Notes under the pieces: model-generated
Told to the model about the DNA's origin: nothing
The model's input: only the letters and a program-made list of their open reading frames with translations
Databases searched by the model: none
Program-made: the position numbers and the translations under genes
Source of the DNA: Octopus sinensis
Taxonomy: Eukaryota
Direction of reading: 5' to 3'
Length of the DNA: 64,000 nucleotides
Assembly: GCF_006345805.1 (NCBI RefSeq)
Contig: NC_042999.1
Location: forward strand, 4,836,001-4,900,000
In this document: positions 1 to 12,959 of the stretch, piece by piece
How the letters are laid out: each line of letters begins with the position of its first letter
Position numbering within the stretch: position 1 is the first letter of the stretch

Positions 1-504
1 CACAGACACATGTTCATACATACATACATACATTCACGCACACATACATACATAGTAATCAGGTGTTAAATTCCATTACACTTACCTGATTGAATCAAAA
101 CAAATTACAATAATACCACAGTTTTATTTTCTCTTAATTCCCTTTCGATATTGTTCCACATGTAAAAGACCTTTGCGGTTGTTAAATCCAAAATGACAGG
201 AGATTCAGTCAAGGTGGGGAGGGGCACGGAAAGCGGGGGGAAGAAAAGAAAAAAAAGAAAAATGAATGTGTAAATAAAAAAGCGTGTAGAAATTAGTTTT
301 GTGTTTAATGTTTGAATTACATTCGTTGTTTTGAATGTCAATTAAGTTTGGTGCGTTTTTGTTTTAATTAATGAAGTTTTGGTGTTTACAAAATTGTATC
401 TGGTTAGAAAGAATACCAGCATTGAAGGAAGAAGGTTTGAGGAAGCTAAGTGTGTGGGTGTATGTCTGCGTAGGTGCGTGTGTTCGCCTCTTAATATGTT
501 AGTC

Positions 505-535
<31 letters not shown>

Positions 536-716
536 GTGTGTATGTGTGTGTGTATGTGTATGTGTGTGTGCGTGCTTGTATATGTGCAGTATGTATGTGT
601 ATGTATTTGAGTGCGCGTTTATGTACGCATGTTTATATGTATATGCGTGCCCGAATGCTTGTGTGCGTGTATGTCTGTTTGCGTGGGAGCGTGTGTTCGC
701 CTCTTAATATGTTTAA

Positions 717-948
717 GGTGGCGAGCTGGTAGAACCGTTAGCACGCCGGGCAAAATGCTTAGTGGTATTTCGTCTGCGGTTACGTTCTGAGTTCAAATTC
801 CGCCGAGGTCGACTTTGCCTTTTCATCCTTTCGGGGTCGATAAATTAAGTACCAGTTACGCACTGGAGTCGATCTAATCGACTTAATCCGTCTGTCTGTC
901 CTTGTTTGTCCTCTCTGTGTTTAGCCCCTTGTGGGTAGTAAAGAAATA
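717..948 (+). mobile_element. tRNA-derived SINE, family A
   Basis: Head GGTGGCGAGCTGGTAGAA..GAGTTCAAATTCC (A/B boxes), body GGTCGACTTTGCCTTTCATCC, tail CCCCTTGTGGGTAGTAAAGAAATA; TSD AATATGTT; more than 12 copies in window. Confidence 0.9.
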
Positions 949-1679
949 AATATGTTAGTATGTATGTGTGTGTGTTTGGGTACTTACGTTTATCTTATGA
1001 CTGCGAGTTATGGACTTGTTGGTGTTATCCGTAAACGGGAGTAAAACTGAAACAAGCCACTGATTTCTGTACTTTTAAAACACCACCAGTTCTTCAACCG
1101 TTTGCTTGAAATTTCCTTCTCTCTTTCGCTCTCTCTCTCCCTCTTTCTCTCTCTCCCCCACCGCCTTGCTCACCGTCTTTCAATGCCTTCCATTTACTTC
1201 ACGGTCTCTTTCTTCCACCTGTTTGATTACTTTAATATTTCCGTTGCTAAGCATTGATGAATGCCAAGAGATGATCAGTTGAGAAGAAGAAGAAGAAGAA
1301 GAAGCAGAGAGTTTGAGGTGTAGAGAGAGAGAGAGAGAGGAATTCGAACGAAGGAGAGAACCAAGCTGGGAAAAAAGAATTCAGTAGTTGCGAAGAGAAA
1401 GATAAAAGTTGTGTGTTCGAACGAGATAAATTTAAATGAGTGAACGAATTAAATACTTATTTAAAAAATAGCTGTAAAGAAGGATGTTGATGAAAGTAAG
1501 AAAGGAAAGGAGAAAGAGGTGAATGAAATGTAAAGTGCTGTGGGGGGGGGGGAGAAATAAGGAAGGGTGAAGGAAGATAGGGAGGGATAACAATTGAGTG
1601 TGAGAAAGTGGGAGTGGATGTGAGAGTTAAGAGAAGAGCGTGAGTTGCAGAAAGAGGGGAAAGAGATAGAGAGACAAAC

Positions 1680-2060
1680 AGAGGGAGAGAGAGCCAGATA
1701 GATAAGCAAAGAGAGGGTAAGAGAGAGAGAGGGAGAGAGAGGGCAAGCAGAGGGTAAGAGACAAATAGACAGGCAAGCAGAGGGTAAGAGAGACAGATAG
1801 ATAAGCAAAGAGAGGGTAAGAAAGAGAGAGAGAGCAAGCAGAGGGTAAGAGAGACAGATAGACAAGCAAAGAGAGGGTAAGAGAGACAGATAGATAAGCA
1901 AAGAGAGGGTAAGAGAGACAGATAGATAAGCAAAGAGAGGGTAAGAGAGACAGATAGATAAGCAAAGAGAGGGTAAGAGAGACAGATAGATAAGCAAAGA
2001 GAGGGTGACAGAGAGAGGGAGAGAGAGCAAGCAGAGGGTAAGAGACAAATAGACAGACAA
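1680..2060. repeat. purine-rich minisatellite, ~32-bp unit
   Basis: Tandem GAGAGGGTAAGAGAGACAGATAGATAAGCAAA. Confidence 0.9.
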
Positions 2061-2253
2061 AGCGAAAGTGAGAGATAGATAGAAAGAGAAGATGGTAAAT
2101 GAGAGAGAGAGAGACAGAGTAATAGATGTATGAACGGTTGGGAAGGGGAGTGGAAAATCTTGTTGTAAGTGACATTGCCAGAAATAGAATAATAAACAAA
2201 CTGATAAACAAAAGCCTGATGGAAATAGGACAGAAGCGGAAGAGACACACATA

Positions 2254-2254
2254 T

Positions 2255-2301
<47 letters not shown>

Positions 2302-2310
2302 TCACTACCA

Positions 2311-2362
<52 letters not shown>

Positions 2363-2380
2363 CACCACCACCACCACCAC
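2254..2380. repeat. (TAC)n/(CAC)n microsatellite
   Basis: Direct reading. Confidence 0.95.
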
Positions 2381-4507
2381 GACGGTTGTTATTAGTATTT
2401 ATTAGTATTAGTAGTTGAGTGGTATTAGTAGAGTAGAAACGGAGCGGAATTGGATTAAGGAGCGGAAGAAAGGAAAAGAAAACTGATGGGTGTTTGTGGG
2501 AGCGATATCTGAATGAAATGAATCGATTTTCTCATCGTTATTTATGTTGTATTTCAAAAATAATAATAGTAACCGCAGCGAGGGGTTTAACAGAGCTGTG
2601 GGAGGGCTCGGTGTGGCGAAGAATAAGAAAGATCCCACACGGATTCACGCACAAAAGGTGAAAGAAAATCTAAAGAATACTATAATACTATTGCGAGGAT
2701 CGGCGATAACCGTTATACACACGATGAATTAGTCGTGGGAAAGGAAAATACGGAATCTGTAAGGGGAAAATTCGAAATCTATTAATAGGTAAATAAATTG
2801 ATATAAATTAAAGAGAAGTCTTTAATTTCACTTCGTTTTCTTTCAATAATGTCCTTGATTGATAAACTTGAAAGTCATTTTGTTTCCTTCTCAACTTACT
2901 TAGAAAGTTAAAATAATTTCTCGCTTAAATAATATCCAACGGAATCTTGGAACCGAAGATGGAAGAACTGTTGTCGTTTAGCATACTAGAAATGACAACC
3001 AGGTCTCCGTCTAACCATGAACTGTAGCAGGATGCACTGAATTATGTACTCTAAGGTGCGCTGTGCACATCCACCCACCACCATCACCACCAATAAAAAA
3101 TGGGTGGAAAAGTCGTATGTAGGATGTCTTTTATGATGGGTCTGGTCTTCTCAGTGAAGGCTAAATAATAAGATAAACCAAGAATTTTAAGTGGAAGTGT
3201 TACGAAATATACTGAACATGTTATGTTTGTCAATTTGTTTTTTTTTTGATTTTCCTAACAAAAATTTCTTAGAATTCTTTCAACTAAACATCGGAACGAG
3301 ATTCCAACCCGATTCAATATCGCCCTTACTTTTATAGAACTGATCTCAAATACATTTTAATAAAGCCTGTCGCTGCTTTGATTCCCCTGTTCCGCCCTGG
3401 CAAAATGACTTGGCGCGACTCAAAGATTTATTTTTCCAGTTATTACCAGGTCTCCACCTGACTGAAGGCTAAGATACACATTCTGTTAAGAAGTTATAAA
3501 CGTATGGGTCACAGTGTGACCGTCAGGACCTGTCCTGGCTATTCCTGTTCCACCGTACATTCTGGTAGTGGTGGTGGTCACGGCGCAGACAGACCAAGTG
3601 GACTCGGCCAGGATGAAACAGATGATGTTCTTCCGAACTTGTTATTGGTGGCGTGCAGCATCCCAGTTTGGGACGAGAGAATTATCGATGCTACAACTAT
3701 TTCTTTCTCTCTCTCTCTCTCTCTCTACTCTTTTTGTCTATATATATATTTCTCTCTCTATCTATCTTTTCCTCTCCCCGCTCTATCCATTTCTCTCTTT
3801 GTTTCTCTCTCTCTCTCACCCTCTCTAAGTTCATAGACTGGTGCTTCTCACTGACTTTATTTCCTCGTAACTTTTGAAAAAAAACAACATTTCTCTCGTA
3901 GAAACTTTGCACACATATGTCTTCGAGGTCATAGCTAACAATTATGTTGATAAAATTCTGAAAAACAGAAATGATTGTTTTTTGGAGAATTTTCAGGATC
4001 GTTCTCCGACCTCCCCCGGGCTGATTTTGCGTAAATTTAGCATTTTACACCTTTTTGGTTGCAAATTACGTTTGAAACATCAACATTACGTAATCTAGAC
4101 TGAAAAACATATTTATCCAAAATGTCACTAAGAAATTGCATCTTAGTTAGGAATGGGATGAGAATGATCCGAAACTTCTTTAAAAAATTATTTAAAAAAA
4201 TTTTTTTTTTTAATGTTTATCAACATAATCGTAGTGTATATCCCCGAAAACGTATCTTTTCAAAATTACTCTTTAAAAATATAAAAGCTATGAAGAAACA
4301 AAAGTTGGCAGGGTGCACCAAATTGTTGTTATACCATTTTTTATGTTCGTCTAGGTTAAGTAGAAGAGACCAGTGTTCTTTAGAATGCTAGTTTGTCGTC
4401 GTAACAAACTGTCTACCTCGAATGCCTATGTGATCTTTCAGTTTAAGCATATATTTTTTATTCTATTTATTTATTTATGGTTCGTTGTGTATATGGTCAG
4501 TGTGGTC

Positions 4508-5419
4508 CAAGCGCTGGATTAACCCATTAAGCAAAACAAGCACGTTTTTAGGGCATCAAGGGATGGGGACACCACAGAAACGAAAATGGTTTACGGCACA
4601 AAAGAAATCACGGCAAGACTTCTGCCCCCCCCCCCAAAAAAAAGAACTTTTATTATTTTTTTTTCGACACAAACCCCACCTTTTCGGTTACGGGGAATAC
4701 GAATCTGCAAAAAAATTGGCAAAATTCGACATTTCTAAATTACCACCCTACCCCCATTTCCTTCGTTTTAAACTTTTTTCACACAATTTTTTTTTTCAAA
4801 ATATGCAGAAAAATACGGACATCATGATTCGGACAAAAATTTCAAAACATTTCTGTATTTACGGTTAGGGTTTTAGGGTTAGGGTTGAGGTTTTAGGGTT
4901 AGGGTTGGGGTTAGGGTTTTAAGGTTAAGGTTTTAGGGTTAGTGTTGGGGAAAAAGTTAAAATCGAAGAAGTTGTGGGGGAAAGGTGGGGGGGATTTCAC
5001 AATGCCGATTTTTGGCAATTTTCCGGAACCTCCGTTTCCGAAAACAGGGATTTTTGGAGAAAAAAAATTACAAAAATAAACAAATTCCGGTGAAAATGGG
5101 AGTGGACGGGCGGAAGTATTTTCCGAAATCACTTTAAACTCGCTAAAATAATATTCGTTATGTTTTATCTCTACTAAGTATAGATGCAGAAGTTTTACGT
5201 AAAATTAATTTTAACGATATCATCAAACACTGCAATTAAAAACAAAAACGGAGAAAACTTTTCAAATATAATTAAAATGGAAGCATTCAAAAATAAACAT
5301 TATTTTCTATCTTACCGTGAATTTTGTTGCATTACGAAAAATAAAAAAAAAATTATTTAATGGTTTATTAAACCATTTATTAAACCTTTCAAGTGCTTAG
5401 GGGTTTTAATCCGGCCCTG
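4508..5419. mobile_element. hAT-like MITE with a nested TTAGGG-containing element
   Basis: Imperfect TIRs CAAGCGCTGGATTAA / TTAATCCGGCCCTG; 8-bp TSD GTGTGGTC (4500-4507, 5420-5427); relative at 33847-35034. Confidence 0.75.
4865..4942 (+). repeat. telomere-like TTAGGG variants inside a repeat element (inverted partial copy at ~6750-7060)
   Basis: TTAGGG/TTTTAGGG units; flanking 4611-4865 matches the reverse complement of 6800-7060. Confidence 0.8.
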
Positions 5420-5519
5420 GTGTGGTCTGTGTACAATCTATGATAAACGTAGTTCACTGATCCAAACAGGAAGATACTAAACACTGTGGAGATATAAGGG
5501 GCCCAGGCAAGGACATATC

Positions 5520-6115
5520 GGTTTCAAATTTTGGCACAAGGCCTACAATTTCAGGGAAGGGTGTTGGCCAATTAAATCGACTCCAGTGCTCAGCTGGTAC
5601 TTAATTTTCGACACTGAAAGGACGAAAGGTAAAGTCGACCTCAGCAGAATTTGAACAGAGAACGTGAAGACGGACGAAATACTGCTAAGCATTTTTCCCA
5701 CCGTGCTAACGTTTCTTTTCTACTCTAGGCACAAGGCCCGAAATTTTGGGAGATGGGACCAGTCGAATTAGATCGACCCCAGAACGCAACTGGTCCTTAA
5801 TTTATCGGTCCCGAAAGGATGAAAGGGAAAGTCGACCTCGGCGGAATTTGAACTCAGAACGTAGCGGCAGACGAAATACCTATTTATTTCTTTATTGCCC
5901 ACAAGGGGCTAAACACAGAGGGGACAAACAAGGACAAACAGACGGATTAAGTTGATTATATCGACCCCAGTGCGTAACTGGTCCTTAATTTATCGGCCCC
6001 GAAAGGATGAAAGGCAAAGTCGCCCTCGGCGGAATTTGAACTCAGAACGTAACGGCAGACGGAATATGGCTACGCATTTCGCCCGTCGTGCTAACGTTTC
6101 TGCCAGCTCGCCATC
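5520..6115 (-). mobile_element. SINE A trimer with three different tails
   Basis: Three consecutive body copies; internal junction GACGAAATAC|CTATTT at ~5879. Confidence 0.85.
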
Positions 6116-7569
6116 TCCAGACAAGCAAATATTAGATATAAAGATAGGAGCGGCTCAGACTTAGGAGATACTAGATGCTGAGGACGCCACTAGTGGTTCA
6201 GTCAGGAGATACTAGTGACTCGGAGTGGGGAGACAACGGGCCAGGCGGGAAATAGTAGATGTTAGGAAGTATCAGTGGCTCGGGAAGGTATGTTGAGGAG
6301 ATATTTATGATAAAGAACGTGAAGGATCTAATGTATTCGTTTCTTTCTGCCGGTCATGGGTGTCCTAATTTAAGTTTATTCATCGTTTTTTTTTTTTTTG
6401 TTTTGTTTTCTTTTTAAATCTTGACTCGGCCTTCTTTGTGTGTACCTGAAGACAAAGAAGCCAAGGTTGGCTTATCCACTCCTTGAAAAGTGTACCCGAT
6501 CAGTAATGCTATGTAATAAATATGTTTGTTGAAGCATTGCAATTATAAAAGAAATACGAGCCACCTCTAAGATTAATTACGCGATACCAGGAGCGATACA
6601 TAATCTGATTCGTCGTAACTGTTGTGGAAGTGTTTAAGAGTAACTCTAAGTATTTTTGTCATCTGTGTGTGGTGTGCGTTATACGTTGTTGGATTGGAAG
6701 GCGGCGAGCTGGCAGAAACGTTAGCACGCCGGCCGAAATGCTTAGCCTTTTTTCCCTAACACTAAACCCTAACCCCAAAACCCTAACCCTAAAACCCTAA
6801 CCGTAACTACAGAAATGTTTTGAAATTTTTGTCCGAATCATAATGTTCGTATTTTTCCGCATCTTTTGATAGAAAAAAATCTGAAAAAAGTAAAAAAAAA
6901 ATTAAGGAAAAGGGGGTGGAGGGGGTAATTTAAAAATGCCGATTTTTGCCAAATTTTTTTGCAGATTCGTATTCCCCGTAACCGAAAAGGGGCGGGTTGT
7001 GTCGAAAAAAAATTTTTTAAGGGTGGCTTGGGGCGGGAGATGGATGGAAGTCTTGCCGAGAATTGTTACTAGGATTTAACTGGTACTTTTTTTTATCGAT
7101 CTCGAAAAAAAAAAAATGAGATTCGAACTCAAAGCGCAGAGAACCGCAAAGATTGCTAAAGCAATACAATACAACGATTTAACAACCCAACCAGTTGAAC
7201 TTCAGGAAAGCGAAACAATAAACAAAAATAATGAATGAAAAATAGCTAATAGCCCTGTATAACAATGAAATAATGAAAACGGAAATGAAAATAACCTTTC
7301 CTAAGGGTATTTTCTGTGTAGATCACGAATATAACATCCATTTCTTTCTGTGAGCCTCCAGTTTCTCGTAAATTATCTTACTTATGTTAAATGCACTGAT
7401 GGTTCCGTAGGGATTGAATGCAAACAGGATTGGGTCGAAACTGACAACTCTAAAAGTTATGAACGGATTTTGATATAATTTTAATGGGGTGTTCTTCAGG
7501 AATCGTCAATCTAACCTATGAAAATTATAAAAGTACACTCAATATTTTTTGTTATATGTGTCCAAATCC

Positions 7570-8100
7570 ATAGTAAATGTAACGAGAAACCACACCTCAT
7601 CACCCAAGCTAAACTCAATGATCTAGTTCGTGATCCAACACTTACTAAGCAACAGAATGAAGTCATGGCTTCACATCTGTAACAATGGAACCTGTTAGAT
7701 AAAGATACTCGAATTACAGTATTTAGGAGGCGTCATTCAGATCTACAGTAATTTTAAGACATAAGTTACAATTTTAATTGTGTCTGGAGAGAGTCATTTT
7801 CTTTTTGTGCCTTATAATGTAACACACTCACCGGTAAAATTTCCACGTATTTCTTATTTTTATTTTCATAAGATTTTCATTGCGTCCTGCAACCTTTTCA
7901 AAAGTCTTGACTCTTTAAGATATAAGTTACAAGGAGAAGGAACATGAGTAGCCCTACTTAATGGGCTACAAACTGGATACGGCCAGATCAGAACATGGAC
8001 CCCTCTATGAAGAGGAGGAATCATGTCAACACCACTGCGTATAAAACTAGGCCTTATAAAGCAATTTACCAAAGCACTGCAACATAACAAGCCATTATTT
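7570..8100 (+). pseudogene. decayed DNA transposase fragments (Chapaev3/CMC-like)
   Basis: KPHLITQAKLNDLVRDPTLTKQQNEVMASHL*QWNLL and TPLRIKLGLIKQFTKAL motifs; family name from memory. Confidence 0.65.
7779..7915 (-). mobile_element. single arm of the 41.3-kb hammerhead-bearing repeat family
   Basis: Near-identical to 41367-41500; minus strand TTGAAAA-G-GTTGC-AGGAC-GCAAT-GAAA. Confidence 0.75.
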
Positions 8101-8509
8101 ACAATTGACGTTAAACTAAGGTATTTTTCGATGTTGTTATTATTATTATTCAGGTCACTGACTAGAACCGAAATCGGAATCTTGGGGTTAATAGCCCACG
8201 CTCTTATGGAGTGAATTTTAGTGCTTATAAATCTAATATTTTCCTATCCTTCCTTAATACTGGTTCTCATATGTTGTTCATATCTGCACCTGTCTGTTCC
8301 CAATGCATTCTCAAACGGCTTAACCAAATCAAATCAAATTTTACCTGGTAATACTATCACACCCCAGGAATGTCAGCATGTAATTTTTATGGATTAAAAC
8401 AATGCTACATTCACACTGATTCCGTATTATGTCTCAAAACTCGAAGAATAAAAGTGAAACCTTCGACGGAGTAAGTTATAGATAGTCTCACTTTTAATAG
8501 TTTCATTGT

Positions 8510-8673
<164 letters not shown>

Positions 8674-8776
8674 AATACAAAAAATGGGACAAGAACGCGA
8701 CAACAAAACATCCAGACACTTTGGTCATGTGTATATATATATAGAAGGTTTGGAGATGATGTACATGTATTATATG

Positions 8777-9041
8777 TTAGAAGAAATGAGGTACTCAGAA
8801 ATCCGGATGCTTTTATATTTACAGATATTTATTAGTATGTTACATGTTTTTATATATCATATATTAGCGCTTTCGTCCATTCTAGTGGAGTCTTCAAATT
8901 GAACACTCCAATTTGAAGACTCCACTAGAATGGACGAAAGTGCTATAATATATGATATATGATGTATAAAAACATGTAACATACTAATAAATATATGTAA
9001 ATATAAAAGCATCCGGATTTCTGAGTACCTCATTTCTTCTA

Positions 9042-9042
<1 letters not shown>
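8777..9042. mobile_element. fold-back element (~125-bp arms), Penelope-pLTR-like
   Basis: 8777-8901 is the reverse complement of 8909-9042; hammerhead-like motif in each arm; solo copy at 50813. Confidence 0.75.
8911..8947 (+). ncRNA. degenerate minimal hammerhead motif (U3-G8); mirror copy on minus strand ~8863-8899
   Basis: TTGAAGA-C-TCCA-CTAGAA-TGGA-C-GAAA-GYGC-TA; stem I weak. Confidence 0.45.
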
Positions 9043-9044
<2 letters not shown>

Positions 9045-9072
<28 letters not shown>

Positions 9073-9150
9073 TGTATGTATGTATGTATGTATGTATGTA
9101 TGTATGTAGGTAGGTAGGTAGGTAGGTATGCATGCATGTATGTATGTATG

Positions 9151-9180
<30 letters not shown>
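9045..9180. repeat. (TATG)n/(TAGG)n microsatellite
   Basis: Direct reading. Confidence 0.95.
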
Positions 9181-9181
<1 letters not shown>

Positions 9182-9473
9182 TAAGCCTTGTGAGTGGATT
9201 TCGTATATGGAAACTGAAAGAAAACTGTCGTATATATGTGTATATTTGTATGTTGCTACGTTTAATGTCCCCGTAACTTAACGGTTCGGCAAAAAACTCC
9301 GTAGAATAAGTACTAGTCTTACAAAGAATGAATCCTGGAGTCGAACTGTTCGCAGTCACCTGACTGAAACAATAAAAAAAACTATGCCATCTTAATCCGG
9401 AGCAACGCCGGGTATATCTAATAATATCAATGAAAGATCGCTAACAAAGAAAAAAAACTGACGTCTAATATAT

Positions 9474-9871
9474 ATTTCTTTACTACCCACAAGGGGACAA
9501 ACAAGGACAGGCAAAGGGATTAAGTCGATTACATCGACTCCAGAGTGTAACTGGTACTTAATTTATCGATCGCGAAAGGATGACAGGCAAAGTCAACCTC
9601 GGCGGAATTTGAACTCAGAACGTAACGACAGACGAAATACCTATTTCTTTATTACCCACAAGAGGCTAAACACAGAAGGGACAAACAAGGACAGACAGAC
9701 GGATTAAGTCGATTAGATCGACGCAGTACGCAACTGGTACTTAATTTATTGACCCCGAAAGAATGAAAGGCAAAGTCGACCTCGGCGGAATTTGAACTCA
9801 GAATGTAACGACAGACGAAATACCGCTAAGCATTTTGCCCGGCGCGCTAACGTTTCTGCCAGCTCGCCACC
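9474..9871 (-). mobile_element. SINE A head-to-tail dimer
   Basis: One TSD CGTCTAATATAT (9462-9473, 9871-9882) encloses two units joined at 9640/9641. Confidence 0.9.
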
Positions 9872-10230
9872 GTCTAATATATTTAATTATTACCGGGAAA
9901 TATATGACAGTCCCGCAAACCTACACTAAAATTAATACTTTACGTATTCCAGAACTCCGGATTTCCTTATTCTTATCTTCGAAGTCACTTAATAGGTAAG
10001 TACAATTATTTAACCAGGTGGAACTTTTCTTGTTGCTCTGCTGTCGGCAGTGGTTTTTACATAAATGTTTGTAATACTGAGTTGAAATCTGAGCCATTAA
10101 AATCGAGGTTTCAAATCCAGTGCACCGGCAATACCAGGGACCGGTAATATTTCTTAGTAATATTGATTTATACCGGAAACAATATATATGATGAATATAA
10201 TAAAAGATGACAATTTTTTTTTATCTTATA

Positions 10231-10615
10231 CTAGCAGTATCGCCCGGCGTTGCTCGGGTTAGTAAGGGAAATAACTATATAAGCATTTTTAGAGAGTTAT
10301 AGCAAAAAAAACTGCATTAAAAATGGAAAAAAAATGATAGTAATTTTTTTTAAATTGTTGACTCATCGTAGACTGTTTTAGAGAGTTACTTCCCTTATAT
10401 AATAGCGAAAATGCATTAAAATGGGAAAAAATTATGGTAAATTTTTTTTTTAATCGTAGACTCATCGTAGACGCGCGCTAATACCCAGAAGGGCTCAATA
10501 TGAATCACGACTATAAGATACCCGGTTTTGGTTAAACTGCACCGCAAAATGTGGGAGTAGTTAGGAATCTAAATCGAAGGAGACAGACACACAACTTGAC
10601 TTTTATATATAAAGA
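10231..10615 (-). mobile_element. non-autonomous Helitron
   Basis: 5' TCTTTATATA, 3' CCCG-AGCAACGC-CGGG hairpin then CTAG, A|T insertion site, no TSD. Confidence 0.85.
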
Positions 10616-10849
10616 TTTATTTTGTAAACAAAGAATACAATATTACATAAGCATTTTATAATGTTTCTTCTCTTTTCTGGAAACTGGCCAAGTACTGGCA
10701 GCTGTTGGCTCGCAGACCAACATTTTCTGTAGCACTGTTCTAAATAATCATTCTTCATCTGAATTACTTGGTAGGAGATGGCGTAGCGAAACTAAAGTTT
10801 GTAGTTCATTGACTTGCTGAGCTAAAAACATACCATTGCTTCAATTTAA

Positions 10850-11374
10850 CCCATTAACTGCCAAATATGTTTATTCATATATTTTGGCTTTGCCAGGTGT
10901 CTTAAGAGTTAAAATGATATAAAGTATTTAAATTTTCTTCATATGTGAATTATTATGGAAATTATGATAAATATTTCAAGAAGTCCCAAATAGGGATTGC
11001 TGAAAAAAGGGATATTTATCCTTTTCTATTCAATTGCAATAATAAACATTTAAAATTTATTTTTAACTCTAGTATCAAATGCGAATGTGTATGAAATGTC
11101 AATCAATGATACAGATGGGAAGTGCAAAGACAAAAAAAAAAAAAACGTTTTCGAAACAGTCAATATTTTTGTAGTTCAAAAATTGCGATTTATGACATAA
11201 AATGTCGTCTAGAATTAACCAGAGCTGATAATGACAAACTTTAACGACTAAATATTGTTAAACACACCTCTGCAAATGCCATGTACATAAGCAATTCTCT
11301 TCAAATACAACGAACAACCTGCAATGAAACTGTTTTTAGGATATCCCCAAATGGGGCCCATGGCAGGCAATGGG
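10850..11374. mobile_element. piggyBac-like MITE
   Basis: TTAA flanks; TIRs CCCATTAACTGCCA / TGGCAGGCAATGGG. Confidence 0.65.
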
Positions 11375-12435
11375 TTAATTAATTCCGCAGGCTCTCTTTT
11401 GTTCCTACTTTGAATAGCCCATCATTATTTCCAGAAGAAAACTTTGTCAAGCATCTAGTAACCACTCAAATACGGATGTCCCTGGCAAATAATTGTACGA
11501 ATTACCAGTTTAACACACACCATTATTTTATGAGGAGAATTGTTTTATTTGAATGCAGGTTTTGTTTGTGATGTTAATTGTCTTTTTTCGTATCTCTAAT
11601 TAATTTAATTCAGCAACTTGAATTCAGCAGCTAATTAGATTAGCCAAGCAAGATTTATTAATAACGAAAAAAAAGTGTGAGGGTGGGGATACTAAGATTC
11701 TGCACTTTAGTAGTCGACCCAAAAAACAGTTAGTGATTGTTAAGAATCAAATTATAAAATGATTTTATAAGCCGTAAACATCATTGCTACGATACGTACT
11801 TGTCTACAATAACAAGCACGTCTAACAACCGCTTCATCCATGAAACCGGGAAAGCCTTGTGTAAATGGCCCAAAGGACTTTATTGTTACAAATGATACAC
11901 AAAAGACTGAGTCTAATAGAAGTAGGGAAAAAATTTTGAATCAAACAAATTTGAGTATTACAGTTATATTTTATATGGTTAATATAAAGCGTTACGCCTA
12001 TCAGAAAATCAAAAACAAAATGTGTGTAATAGGTGTAAAACAACTTCCTATGAACGAATATGAAAAAAAAATGCCCGCACGCGAAAGGGGGGTGGGGGAG
12101 AGGCCTCGGAAAATTCACATCGGGAAGTTCCGAAAGCGTCTGAGGGGCTGACCCGGGCACCAAAACAAAAAAAATAGTGTAATATGTGTAAAACAACTTG
12201 CTCTAAACGAATATGACAAAAAAAATGCGCGCTCGCGAAAGGGGGGTGGGGGAGAGGCTTCGGAAATTTCCCATCTTCAGTCCACGGCCTTTAAACTAAG
12301 AAAAAATAGTGTAATTGGTGTAAAACTACTTGTTCTAAACGAGTATCAAGAACACACACTCACACATGAATCATAAACTCCGTATTTTTGTACATATTTC
12401 GCAAAAAAAAAAAAAATATATATATATATACACAA

Positions 12436-12472
<37 letters not shown>

Positions 12473-12497
12473 ATATACATACACACACACATATATA

Positions 12498-12701
12498 TAT
12501 TTCTTTACTACCCACAAGGGGCTAAACACAGATTAAGTCGATTACGTCGACCCCAGTGCGTAACTGGTACTTAATTTATCGACCCCGAAAGGATAAAAGG
12601 CAAAGTCGACCTCGGCGGAATTTGAACCCAGAACATAACGGCAGACGAAATACGGCTACGCATTTCACCCGGTGTGCTAACGTTTCTGCCAGCTCGCCGC
12701 C
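12498..12701 (-). mobile_element. SINE A
   Basis: Matches family A head, body and tail. Confidence 0.9.
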
Positions 12702-12921
12702 TTATATGATTAATATATATATATATATATATATATACATACATACATACATACATACATACATACATGACACACACACACACACACACATACATATATT
12801 ATAGTCATGTTTTATATATATATAACGGGAAGTTTTACGAAAATAAACAAAAGACGAAGGTAGGTGGAGTACAAACAAACAATTGTATTAGTATGGCGCT
12901 CAGGAATAGAAATAAAACAAG

Positions 12922-12959
12922 TCTTTTACGTTTCGAGCATACGCTCTTCAACAGAAAGA
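12922..12959 (-). ncRNA. minimal hammerhead-like motif with A6U change
   Basis: TCTTT-CTGTTGA-A-GAGC-GTAT-GCTC-GAAA-CG-TA-AAAGA; 5-bp stem I, 4-bp stem II. Confidence 0.55.

Noticed and set aside
1457-2395. Long ORFs up to 307 aa
   Set aside because: Translations of microsatellite and minisatellite sequence
3361-3700. GC-richer, coding-looking segment
   Set aside because: No recognisable domain in six frames and no convincing splice pair
4865-4942. Relic telomere or chromosome fusion site
   Set aside because: Short degenerate repeats are internal to a multi-copy element
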